From: an uncultured Alphaproteobacteria bacterium
GTDB lineage: Bacteria > Pseudomonadota > Alphaproteobacteria > Rs-D84
Assembly: GCA_934276735.1 (NCBI GenBank)
Contig: CAKQTG010000001.1
Span: forward strand, 350,134 to 414,133
Direction of reading: 5' to 3'
Length of the DNA stretch: 64,000 nucleotides
Positions 17,764-25,543 of this stretch are shown one piece after another. Both the position numbers and the translations under genes were made by a program. The notes beneath the pieces were generated by a model, which did no database searches, was not told the DNA's origin, and saw only the letters and a list, made by a program, of their open reading frames with translations. Each line of letters starts with the position of its first letter. Positions within the stretch are counted from its first letter, which is position 1.

Positions 17764-18531
17764 ATGAGATGTGTTAAAAGTATCTTTACCGTTTCGATTT
17801 TTGCCATGTTGATTGCAACCGGTGCGCGTGCGGAAATTGTGTCCAAGACACAACTTGATAGCACGATTGTTGCTGGCACAAATGTTACGATTGAAAAGCC
17901 AACATCGGGCACAAACAGTGGCAAAATTGTTATCAGTGCCACGGATACGAATACGACATATACCACCGGAACCGAGACTTATTCTGGGACAACAAAGTTG
18001 TATACCGCGACAGGCGATAGCACCGACGGAACAATGACCCGTGGCGCAATTACAACGGCGTTGAATGGTAAAGAAAACGTAACGAATAAGGTAACTAATG
18101 CATCTGGTTACACAGATGATATAACATCGTCAGATAAGTATCCGAGTATGGCAGTAGCGAATGATATGGTAAAGCAGGCGGTTAAATCGGTGAACGATGC
18201 AAAGCTGGATGAGGTTTTTGATAAATCACCGAACAATGTAATGGTAACCGATGCCGCCGGAGTTGTGAGTCCATCTGAGATTAAGACGAACGGTTCAGGT
18301 AATGCAGTTACTGGCATTGAGGTTAAGAATGGTGCATATACCCTGAACAAGGAGACAACGTTCGCGACCAAGGCACAGTTGGATGCCTTGGACAGCACGT
18401 CCACAGGCACGGGGGCGGTTGTGACGAATGTTACCCAGACAGATGGCAAGGTCACGGTGACCAAGGGAAATGTCCAGGTTCCAGTTGGATCATCAACGGC
18501 GACAACATATGCCGCGATTTGGATTGAATAA
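17764..18531 (+). CDS. Secreted fibre-like protein (fibre paralog P5, short)
   Basis: 255 aa. Signal peptide ...TGARA, then EIVSKTQLD. The central 107 aa are almost identical to P4 residues about 35-141. C-terminus: VQVPVGSSTATTYAAIWIE. Confidence 0.8.
   Translation: MRCVKSIFTVSIFAMLIATGARAEIVSKTQLDSTIVAGTNVTIEKPTSGTNSGKIVISATDTNTTYTTGTETYSGTTKLYTATGDSTDGTMTRGAITTALNGKENVTNKVTNASGYTDDITSSDKYPSMAVANDMVKQAVKSVNDAKLDEVFDKSPNNVMVTDAAGVVSPSEIKTNGSGNAVTGIEVKNGAYTLNKETTFATKAQLDALDSTSTGTGAVVTNVTQTDGKVTVTKGNVQVPVGSSTATTYAAIWIE
18061..18382 (+). repeat. 322-bp cassette shared between P4 and P5 (copy in P5)
   Basis: See 16305-16626. Confidence 0.9.
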
Positions 18532-18535
18532 AAGG

Positions 18536-18562
18536 ACGCGCCATCGGCGCGTTTCTTGTTTT
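18536..18562 (+). terminator. Rho-independent terminator after P5
   Basis: ACGCGCC-ATC-GGCGCGT followed by a T-rich tract. Confidence 0.6.
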
Positions 18563-18962
18563 AGAGTGCAGGGTCAACGATTTTGCGCATGCGTGCCTTT
18601 TAAACCACTACCCCGGCCGCCTGGGGCGGCCACCCCTTCGCCAGCGAAGGGGAATTTTCATGCCATAGGGCACTCACCCCTTGTCATTGCGAGCATAGCG
18701 CGGCAATCCACAGAAAGACCACCCCGTCCTGGCGGACACCCCTCCACGCAATCACCCACAAAATCTAGCGATTTTGCGGGGCTCGATGGAGGGGAACTTA
18801 GTCCGCAACAGAAAGAACAAGTGCGCCATTGGCGCACGTCATTGCTCTCTGCTCTCTACACTCTGCTCTCTAAAATAGACGACATCCCGACGCGTTGCGT
18901 CACCCCGGCTCTCCAGAGGGGGAACTTTACTAAGTCACTCTATCACTAAATCACCATATCAC
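18563..18962. repeat. Non-coding tract built from mosaic palindromic repeats (families A-D)
   Basis: It contains a 48-nt unit at 18605-18652 (reverse complement of 54199-54244 and 62811-62858), GTCATTGCGAGCATAGCGCGGCAATCC, GGAGGGGAACTTAGTCCGCAACAG, CATTGCTCTCTGCTCTCTACACTCTGCTCTCTAA and CCAGAGGGGGAAC. The track ORF 18470-18949 is a read-through of these repeats. Confidence 0.85.
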
Positions 18963-19538
18963 TTAGAACAGTGATATCAGGCAGATGCCCAGGCCGGCGG
19001 CGATAATTGCGCCCAGTGTCAATGGCCAGAAATACTTTTTTACAATTGCGTTTGCGCGTTCTTGGAATTGCCACAACAGGTAACCCACAATTGCAAAACG
19101 CGCCGTGCGGAATATTGCCGACACGCCTAAAAATAACCATATTGGAAATCCAATAAAGCCCAGCCAGATTGCCAATAACTTATACGGTATCGGTGTTACC
19201 GCCGTCAGGACAATTATCAGCACCCCATATTTTGTGAACATTGGGCGGACGGTGGATTCAATCAATTCGGGGTCTGAAAATGTTGTTATCAGCCACATCC
19301 CGACCGAGTCATACAGCCACGCGCCAATCATATACGCAATCGCACCGCCGACAACTGACCCCAATGCCGCCGCCGTCACGATTGGTACGGCGCGTCGCTT
19401 GTTCGCGATGATGGGCGGGGTCATAAACACCTCGGGTGGGACGAATAAAAATATAGACTCGCATATTGTCAGAATAAACACGACCCACGAATACATGGGG
19501 CGTTCAGATTGCTTTAATACAAAATCGACCAATTTCAT
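18963..19538 (-). CDS. YqaA/DedA-related (SNARE-associated) inner-membrane protein
   Basis: 191 aa, multi-TM. The N-terminal ...ICESIFLFVPPEVFMTPP... resembles the YqaA family motif (E..i.P.PpDv.l.p). Confidence 0.55.
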   Translation of the reverse strand: MKLVDFVLKQSERPMYSWVVFILTICESIFLFVPPEVFMTPPIIANKRRAVPIVTAAALGSVVGGAIAYMIGAWLYDSVGMWLITTFSDPELIESTVRPMFTKYGVLIIVLTAVTPIPYKLLAIWLGFIGFPIWLFLGVSAIFRTARFAIVGYLLWQFQERANAIVKKYFWPLTLGAIIAAGLGICLISLF

Positions 19539-19628
19539 GATGATACCATCCCACAGGTAAAAATTTTTCTTGATTATAGCGGAATTTCTACTAATTTACA
19601 ATATGAGATATCAAATACAGGGGTAATT

Positions 19629-19991
19629 ATGCCAAAAAAGCAGGCCACAAATAATTCAAATCGTGCGTCGCGCGTCGCGTCCAAGGTACAAACGTTGGTC
19701 GCAGAAATCCTGCGCGATAATTACAGCGATGATAAAATCATATCTGGGGTGTCGCTGGTCGGGGCGGTTGCGCATGGTGGGTTACAGTTTGTGCGTCTGT
19801 TTTATTATTCGCGTAATTCTGATGTGGCGGCGGTGCAAAAGCGTATGGACGAAATCACACGTAGGGTGCGATATGAACTGGCCGCGCGCATGGACCAGAA
19901 ATACGTTCCTGATATAAAATTTGAATATGATGATACGCTGGAACGCGCGGCGCGGATTGACGCGTTGCTGGATAATTTAGAATTGGAGTAA
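19629..19991 (+). CDS. rbfA: Ribosome-binding factor A
   Basis: 120 aa. RASRVASKVQTLVAEILR... and C-terminal ...VPDIKFEYDDTLERAARIDALLDNL fit the RbfA pattern (R..Rv...i...la.il ; P.l.F..D......ri..ll). Confidence 0.62.
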   Translation: MPKKQATNNSNRASRVASKVQTLVAEILRDNYSDDKIISGVSLVGAVAHGGLQFVRLFYYSRNSDVAAVQKRMDEITRRVRYELAARMDQKYVPDIKFEYDDTLERAARIDALLDNLELE

Positions 19992-19996
19992 GTAAA

Positions 19997-20428
19997 ATGG
20001 CCGGATTACGACAGGTTTTTCAAGTTCCCGACGCATTATTGCGTGATTGCTATTACATTGTGAATCAAATTCGCCCGGACGAGGCGGTGAATTTATATTA
20101 CAGCCTGGCCCAGGAGGTAGAGAAGGCGGGTCATACGATGTTCGTGTTTGACGGTGCGCATGCCCCGATGGGATTTATCAAAGGGCACAAGGTTTCGGGC
20201 AAAAATCATATGCATGTGGACTATCTGTTTGTGGACGGAATATATCGTCGCAGCGGCGTTGGCACGGTCTTGATACAGGCATACGAGGATTTTTGTCGTA
20301 AAAACAATTTCGATTTGATTCAGTTGTATTCGGCCCCGACGGTCCAGGCCAAGAGCTTTTATGCCAAGCATGGTTTTGAGTTGGTTGGGCATAATATGCT
20401 GATGCAAAAAACATTGAAAAACCGCTAA
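19997..20428 (+). CDS. GNAT family N-acetyltransferase
   Basis: Motif A region YLFVDGIYRRSGVGTVLIQAYEDFCRKN and C-terminal FYAKHGFELVG. Confidence 0.78.
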   Translation: MAGLRQVFQVPDALLRDCYYIVNQIRPDEAVNLYYSLAQEVEKAGHTMFVFDGAHAPMGFIKGHKVSGKNHMHVDYLFVDGIYRRSGVGTVLIQAYEDFCRKNNFDLIQLYSAPTVQAKSFYAKHGFELVGHNMLMQKTLKNR

Positions 20429-20498
20429 GAAACAGGTTGCATGTTCGAATATACTGGTGTATCATTGCCGCGAGTGGACCAGGTAAAGGCATTCGCGA

Positions 20499-22295
20499 AT
20501 GAGCCAAAAGAACATCAGAAACTTTGCAATTGTTGCCCATATTGATCACGGTAAATCGACGTTGTCGGACCGGTTGATTGAATATACCGGTGGCCTGCAA
20601 TCGCGCGAGATGAAGGCCCAAGTCCTGGATTCTATGGATATTGAACGCGAACGTGGCATTACGATAAAGGCCCAGACGGTGCGTCTGAATTACCGCGCAC
20701 ACGATGGGCAAACATATCAACTGAATTTAATGGATACGCCGGGACACGTGGACTTTTCTTACGAGGTGTCGCGCAGTCTGGCCGCATGCGAGGGGGCGTT
20801 GGTTCTGGTTGACGCAACCCAGGGTGTCCAGGCGCAAACGCTGGCAAATGCATATTTAGCGTTGGATAATGATTTGGAAATGTTGCCGGTGCTGAACAAG
20901 ATTGATTTACCGTCCAGCGATGTTGCGGCGACGCGTGAACAAATTGCCGATGTTATTGGGCTGGACGCCGCGAACGCGATGTGTGTATCGGGCAAAACGG
21001 GGGCGGGCGTGCCCGAATTATTGGAAGAAATCGTTCATAAATTACCTGCGCCACATGGTGATGAAAATGCGCCGACGCGCGCGCTGTTGGTGGATTCGTG
21101 GTATGATTCTTATTTGGGCGTGGTGATTTTGGTGCGTGTGGTTGATGGGAAATTATCACGCGGGCAAAAGATAAAATTCTTGGCCACGGGGGCAGAATAT
21201 ACGGTTGAAAAAATCGGATACTTTACACCCAAGATGGTTGACGCGGCCGCGCTGGATACCGGCGAAATCGGATTTATTATTACCGGGATGAAGACAATTC
21301 ACGATTGTCGCGTGGGCGATACGATTGTCGATGCGAAATCGGCCGATGTGGCCGACGCGTTGCCGGGGTTCAAGCCATCGGTGCCGGTGGTATTTTCGTC
21401 GTTCTTTCCGGTATCTGCTGATGACTATCCTAATTTGCGCGACAGTGCGGAAAAGTTGGCGTTAAATGATGCGTCATTTATGTTCACAACGGAAAAGTCG
21501 TCTGCGCTGGGGTTTGGGTTGCGCTGTGGATTCTTGGGACTGTTGCATATGGAAATTATCAGCGAACGCCTGGCGCGTGAATTTAATCTGACGCTGATAA
21601 ACACGGTGCCCAGTGTGTTATACAAGGTGCATTTGCGTGACGGCACGACGATTGATTTGGAAAATCCGGCGGATATGCCTGAATTGACCAAGATTGAATC
21701 CATCGAAGAACCATGGGTGCGCGCAACGATTATGATGCCTGATAAATACATGGGCGGAATTATGTCCCTGTGTTCAGAGCGGCGCGGAATCCAGGAAAAT
21801 ATTTCCTATGTCGGGAATCGTGCGGTTCTGGTATATCAATTACCGCTGGCGGAAATCGTGTTTGATTTCTATGATCGGGTGAAATCTATATCGTCGGGGT
21901 ATGCGTCGTTTGACTATGTCGTGAACGGATACCAGCTGTCTGATTTGGTCAAGGTATCGATTCTGGTCAATGATGAAAATGTAGAGCCGCTGTCGTTTAT
22001 GTGCCATCGCAGTTTCGCGGAAAAGCGTGGTCGCCAGATTGTTGAAAAACTGAAAGATTTAATTCCGCGTCACCAGTTCAAGATACCACTGCAGGCGGCA
22101 ATCGGTGGCAAAATTATTGCGCGTGAAACAATCGCCGCGTATCGCAAGGATGTTACGGCGAAATGTTATGGCGGGGATATCACCCGTAAACGCAAACTGT
22201 TAGAGAAGCAGAAGGAGGGAAAAAAGCGTATGCGGACATTCGGTAATGTCGAAATCCCGCAGAGCGCATTTATCAATGCACTGAAAGTGTCATAG
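20499..22295 (+). CDS. lepA: Translation elongation factor 4 (LepA)
   Basis: 598 aa. [29 protein letters not shown], and a characteristic LepA C-terminal domain ending ...[26 protein letters not shown]. Confidence 0.95.
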   Translation: MSQKNIRNFAIVAHIDHGKSTLSDRLIEYTGGLQSREMKAQVLDSMDIERERGITIKAQTVRLNYRAHDGQTYQLNLMDTPGHVDFSYEVSRSLAACEGALVLVDATQGVQAQTLANAYLALDNDLEMLPVLNKIDLPSSDVAATREQIADVIGLDAANAMCVSGKTGAGVPELLEEIVHKLPAPHGDENAPTRALLVDSWYDSYLGVVILVRVVDGKLSRGQKIKFLATGAEYTVEKIGYFTPKMVDAAALDTGEIGFIITGMKTIHDCRVGDTIVDAKSADVADALPGFKPSVPVVFSSFFPVSADDYPNLRDSAEKLALNDASFMFTTEKSSALGFGLRCGFLGLLHMEIISERLAREFNLTLINTVPSVLYKVHLRDGTTIDLENPADMPELTKIESIEEPWVRATIMMPDKYMGGIMSLCSERRGIQENISYVGNRAVLVYQLPLAEIVFDFYDRVKSISSGYASFDYVVNGYQLSDLVKVSILVNDENVEPLSFMCHRSFAEKRGRQIVEKLKDLIPRHQFKIPLQAAIGGKIIARETIAAYRKDVTAKCYGGDITRKRKLLEKQKEGKKRMRTFGNVEIPQSAFINALKVS

Positions 22296-22316
22296 CATAG
22301 TAAAGGAGTGTTTTAA

Positions 22317-22664
22317 ATGCTGATTGATAAATTGACCTATTACCTGGTAACAAGCAAAGACGCGCGCGTCGCAGATAAATATATCTATGAACGTATCAAG
22401 GATAAAGAGCAAGAAAGTATTCAACGGGCAGAATTGGCATACAAAAATATGATGCGTGGCACCCCGGAATGCCATTGTATTGGTTTTGATGCGTCTGGGA
22501 TGAAGGAACGCTGCCAACACTACAAGGATAACAGACCGTGTGATAATTCCAAGTGTGCGCTGTATGGCGACAATATGGAATATTATGAGGCGCGTCAAAA
22601 AATGGCATGCTATGCTGCATTGCGTCGTGACTTCTGGAAAACGGGCAAGAAACACCAAAAATAA
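22317..22664 (+). CDS. Hypothetical small Cys-containing protein, IKYYL-family paralog a (1 module)
   Basis: 115 aa with no signal peptide. N-terminus MLIDKLTYYLVTSKDARVADK. Cys module ECHC...C-x8-C-x4-C-ALY...YYEARQK...DFW. The RBS AAAGGAG is 22 nt after the lepA stop. Confidence 0.7.
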   Translation: MLIDKLTYYLVTSKDARVADKYIYERIKDKEQESIQRAELAYKNMMRGTPECHCIGFDASGMKERCQHYKDNRPCDNSKCALYGDNMEYYEARQKMACYAALRRDFWKTGKKHQK

Positions 22665-22693
22665 AAAGTCGGATTAAAACGCGGGGGATTGAA

Positions 22694-23473
22694 ATGTTGT
22701 TCAAAACGATAAAATATTACCTGGCAACAAATGCAGAAATGCGTGCGGCGGATCGTGCGGCGTTTCGCGCATTGTGGAATGATATGCAGAAAAAACGCAT
22801 AAAACTGGAAGAGGTCAAGACCGAATTGTCGCATCGCGGTGGATGTGTGCATCGCTATTTGAAAAAGCCCGGTGGAATTTGGAGTGAAATATTGCCTGGC
22901 AAAATTGTAGAGAAGCATTGTGAGAGGTTTTGGATTTTTTCTTATAATGACGGATGTTTGGAAAAAACATGTATGTATTACCCCGAGTATGTAAAGTATC
23001 GCGATGTGTATCGTGAGTATGCCAAGGCCAAGGAAGATGTAAAAGCATTTTGGGAAGATAGAAAGGTATCACGTATCGAGGTCGCCAAGTATCCAAACAG
23101 TCCTGCAGCCCAGACAGCAATAGATACCCTGGACGCCCAATGTGCGGATTTGTATCGCGAACTTGAACAGGCCCGGCAGGCAATAACTTGTTATGAATTC
23201 GCTACGCCAGAGTGGGTGCTCCCACGGAAAAACGGCTGTTTTGTAGATGTGTCGTATAGTTCTAAATCATTTGACACCAGTGATGATTACCCGGGAATGA
23301 TATGGTCACGAATGGAACACTGTCCGGAATTTAGTGTGCCATGCACACGCGTCGATTGTTATTACAGGGCGCGAAATCAACACTATGCCAATGTTCGGGC
23401 GCAATACAGAAAGGCGTGCGAGGCATACAGATTGATGACGGAACGCGAGTGGAAACCATTAAATGAACGCTAA
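22694..23473 (+). CDS. Hypothetical Cys-containing protein, IKYYL-family paralog b (2 modules)
   Basis: 259 aa. N-terminus MLFKTIKYYLATNAEMRAADR. Modules: GGCVHRY...C-x11-C-x4-C-MYY...FW and NGCFVDVSY...C-x6-C-x4-C-YY...EW. RBS GGGGGA. Confidence 0.7.
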   Translation: MLFKTIKYYLATNAEMRAADRAAFRALWNDMQKKRIKLEEVKTELSHRGGCVHRYLKKPGGIWSEILPGKIVEKHCERFWIFSYNDGCLEKTCMYYPEYVKYRDVYREYAKAKEDVKAFWEDRKVSRIEVAKYPNSPAAQTAIDTLDAQCADLYRELEQARQAITCYEFATPEWVLPRKNGCFVDVSYSSKSFDTSDDYPGMIWSRMEHCPEFSVPCTRVDCYYRARNQHYANVRAQYRKACEAYRLMTEREWKPLNER

Positions 23474-23489
23474 GTTCAAGGGGGCGAAA

Positions 23490-24245
23490 ATGATGTTGAA
23501 AAGAATTAAATATTATTTGAATACGGATGCCACACAGCGTGCGCAAGATAGGGCGGATTTTAAACAGTTGGTCCATGATGCCAAGGAAAAAGAGGCGCGT
23601 GTAAAGGATATGGAACATGCGCTGGTATGCAGTGGCGAGCATATTGGGGCGACACGCGGAATATTTGATGATTTACTGGATAATACAGATACGCGTTGCG
23701 CGGCGTTCCAGCCAGAAATACAGGGGCCGTGCATGGATAAAGAATGTCCGTATCTGGGTGAAAATCATAAATATTTTGACGCGTTTCGTGCGTATGGGAC
23801 GGCCCTGGTCAGGGAAAAGGAATTCTGGCCAGAGCGTTGTGCGTTGCGTATTGCCCAGGCGGCGCGTGCCCGGCAAGAACGGAATACGGAAATTGCACAT
23901 TTAAATGCGCAATGCGCCGATTTGGAAAATGAATTGACGTTGGCGAAATCTGCGATATCGACACATGTGTGTATCAATCCAAACAGTGGCCCGCTGGTAA
24001 AAATGGGCTGCTTTGTGTCGGCGTATTATGGGGCTGGTGATTGGCCAATATTGGGCCTGGATGAACCATCGCACAGTTTTACTGTAAATGAAAAATGCAC
24101 AAAATTTGCGATGCCATGCGAACGCAATTGCCCATATCGCGAGAAAAATGCGCATTATGCCGATGTTTTAAATCGCTATGATGCGGCATGTGCGGCATAT
24201 CGTGCGATTGCTGGCAAGGATTGGATATCAACAAAAACAAAATAA
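23490..24245 (+). CDS. Hypothetical Cys-containing protein, IKYYL-family paralog c (2 modules)
   Basis: The track ORF 23463 is trimmed to ATG 23490 (RBS AAGGGGG). N-terminus MMLKRIKYYLNTDATQRAQDR. Modules: C-x10-C-x4-C-PY...FW and MGCFVSAYY...C-x6-C-x3-C-PY...DW. It shares L(D/N)AQCADL with paralog b. Confidence 0.7.
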   Translation: MMLKRIKYYLNTDATQRAQDRADFKQLVHDAKEKEARVKDMEHALVCSGEHIGATRGIFDDLLDNTDTRCAAFQPEIQGPCMDKECPYLGENHKYFDAFRAYGTALVREKEFWPERCALRIAQAARARQERNTEIAHLNAQCADLENELTLAKSAISTHVCINPNSGPLVKMGCFVSAYYGAGDWPILGLDEPSHSFTVNEKCTKFAMPCERNCPYREKNAHYADVLNRYDAACAAYRAIAGKDWISTKTK

Positions 24246-24261
24246 CAATTGGGGGACGATT

Positions 24262-24696
24262 ATGAATTTTTTTGCCAAAATAAAATATTATTTAACAACC
24301 AGTGCCGCCCAGCGCGCACAAAATAGTGCCGTGTTGGAAGACCTGGAACTGAAATGTTTCGAGACGGGGCGTGACATGGAACAGGCGCGCGAGGCGTTGC
24401 GTATCGTGGCCGATGGAATGTCCCAAACAGAAGTTTTAAGAAAGGCGTGTGTTGTATATCTGACGTATCCGAACAATATGTTGGGCGGAGATGACCTGAG
24501 CAGATATACACCCATGTTGGTAAGGGAGAATAATTGTCGGTATTTTGCCGAAGGCGACAAAAAATGTCCGCGCAAGGACTGTGCCTTTTATGAAAAAAAT
24601 ATCGCATATTTTGCGGCCAAGGACCGCTATGACGCCGCCGTTGCTGCACGTGATGCGTTTTTGGCACGTGCAACGGGGCGCGCTAAAAACAAATAA
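24262..24696 (+). CDS. Hypothetical Cys-containing protein, IKYYL-family paralog d (1 module)
   Basis: The track ORF 24178 is trimmed to ATG 24262 (RBS GGGGGA). N-terminus MNFFAKIKYYLTTSAAQRAQN. Module: KACVVYL...C-x9-C-x4-C-AFY...YFAAKDRY. Confidence 0.7.
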   Translation: MNFFAKIKYYLTTSAAQRAQNSAVLEDLELKCFETGRDMEQAREALRIVADGMSQTEVLRKACVVYLTYPNNMLGGDDLSRYTPMLVRENNCRYFAEGDKKCPRKDCAFYEKNIAYFAAKDRYDAAVAARDAFLARATGRAKNK

Positions 24697-24708
24697 AGGA
24701 TTAAATAA

Positions 24709-25101
24709 ATGAACATTAAAAAAATAAAATATTGGCTGAAAACGCCGGCTGGTGTTCGACGCCAGAACGCGGGCGAATATCGCACGCTGTGTATGAAATA
24801 TGGGGTTGCAAAAAATAAATATGCCCGTGCATTAAACCGGATTAGTGTTGATTTGGATTATTACGAAGATCCGGCCGACGTATCTGGTTGTGTAAAGTTT
24901 AAGATTCTGGAAAAGGTGCCGGGTGTTAAATACACAACAACACACACATGCCCGCACTTTATTCACGGTGTTTCGTGCAATCAACAGAATTGCCCGTTGC
25001 GCCCCGCGAATAATGAGTGCGCAAAATTGTACACTGTATGCGAATTGGCACTGAATAAAAAAGCAATATTTTGGGAAAATATATACAGTAAGGTAAGATA
25101 A
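24709..25101 (+). CDS. Hypothetical Cys-containing protein, IKYYL-family paralog e (1 module)
   Basis: 130 aa. N-terminus MNIKKIKYWLKTPAGVRRQN. Module: SGCVKFK...C-x8-C-x4-C-PL...IFWENIY. RBS AAAGGA. Confidence 0.7.
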   Translation: MNIKKIKYWLKTPAGVRRQNAGEYRTLCMKYGVAKNKYARALNRISVDLDYYEDPADVSGCVKFKILEKVPGVKYTTTHTCPHFIHGVSCNQQNCPLRPANNECAKLYTVCELALNKKAIFWENIYSKVR

Positions 25102-25102
25102 A

Positions 25103-25519
25103 ATGTTGATACAGAAGTTGAAATATTATTTAAAGACATCTGCGGCCCAGCGTGCGCATGACAGACGAGATTACCAGGCGGTCTTGAATCATTATGATGA
25201 TGCGTTGGCGGATTTGAAAGTGGCGCGCGATGCGATGACCGCGGTGGTTGACGACAAAGAAACGGCCGACGACACATGGGCGTGCGTTGTTGAATACACA
25301 TATCAATCGCCAATGGCGGGGGCAATTATGGGATTGCGTTCTGCACCACTGACAGCGCGCGAAGATTGTTGTTTCTTGAACGAAGAAGGTTGTTGTATTT
25401 TTAGTGGTTGCAAAAATCATGGTAAAAATGTGCGCTATTTTTACCAGAAAAAAATTTTGGATTTTTGGCGTCAAAAACGTGATACCTTTTGGGCCCAGAA
25501 ATACGCAAATGTAAAATAA
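25103..25519 (+). CDS. Hypothetical Cys-containing protein, IKYYL-family paralog f (1 module)
   Basis: 138 aa. The ATG is 1 nt after the stop of paralog e. N-terminus MLIQKLKYYLKTSAAQRAHDR. Module: WACVVEY...CC-x6-CC-x4-C...YFYQKKILDFW...FW. Confidence 0.7.
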   Translation: MLIQKLKYYLKTSAAQRAHDRRDYQAVLNHYDDALADLKVARDAMTAVVDDKETADDTWACVVEYTYQSPMAGAIMGLRSAPLTAREDCCFLNEEGCCIFSGCKNHGKNVRYFYQKKILDFWRQKRDTFWAQKYANVK

Positions 25520-25543
25520 TCAACCAACGCGGGGGCACACACC

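Noticed and set aside
16305-18382. A diversity-generating retroelement (TR/VR pair) as an explanation for the P4/P5 near-identical cassette.
   Set aside because: The five mismatches are not adenine-specific (C/T, T/C, G/A, T/C, A/C). No reverse transcriptase or accessory gene is present in the window, and both copies are coding.
11654-18531. A prophage tail-fibre module.
   Set aside because: No capsid, portal, terminase, tail tube, baseplate, lysis or repressor genes occur in the flanks. All five proteins have Sec signal peptides, which phage virion proteins normally lack. Tail-fibre-like ancestry remains possible.
18470-18949. ORFs spanning the repeat tracts (18470-18949, 62173-62529, 62184-62477, 62730-63161, 62640-62855).
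   Set aside because: They are translations of the palindromic mosaic repeats, giving peptides such as VIASIARQS, RFARNDK, PAQAGI and PSPAKGNFH. They lack an RBS and switch between repeat modules, so I treat them as non-coding.
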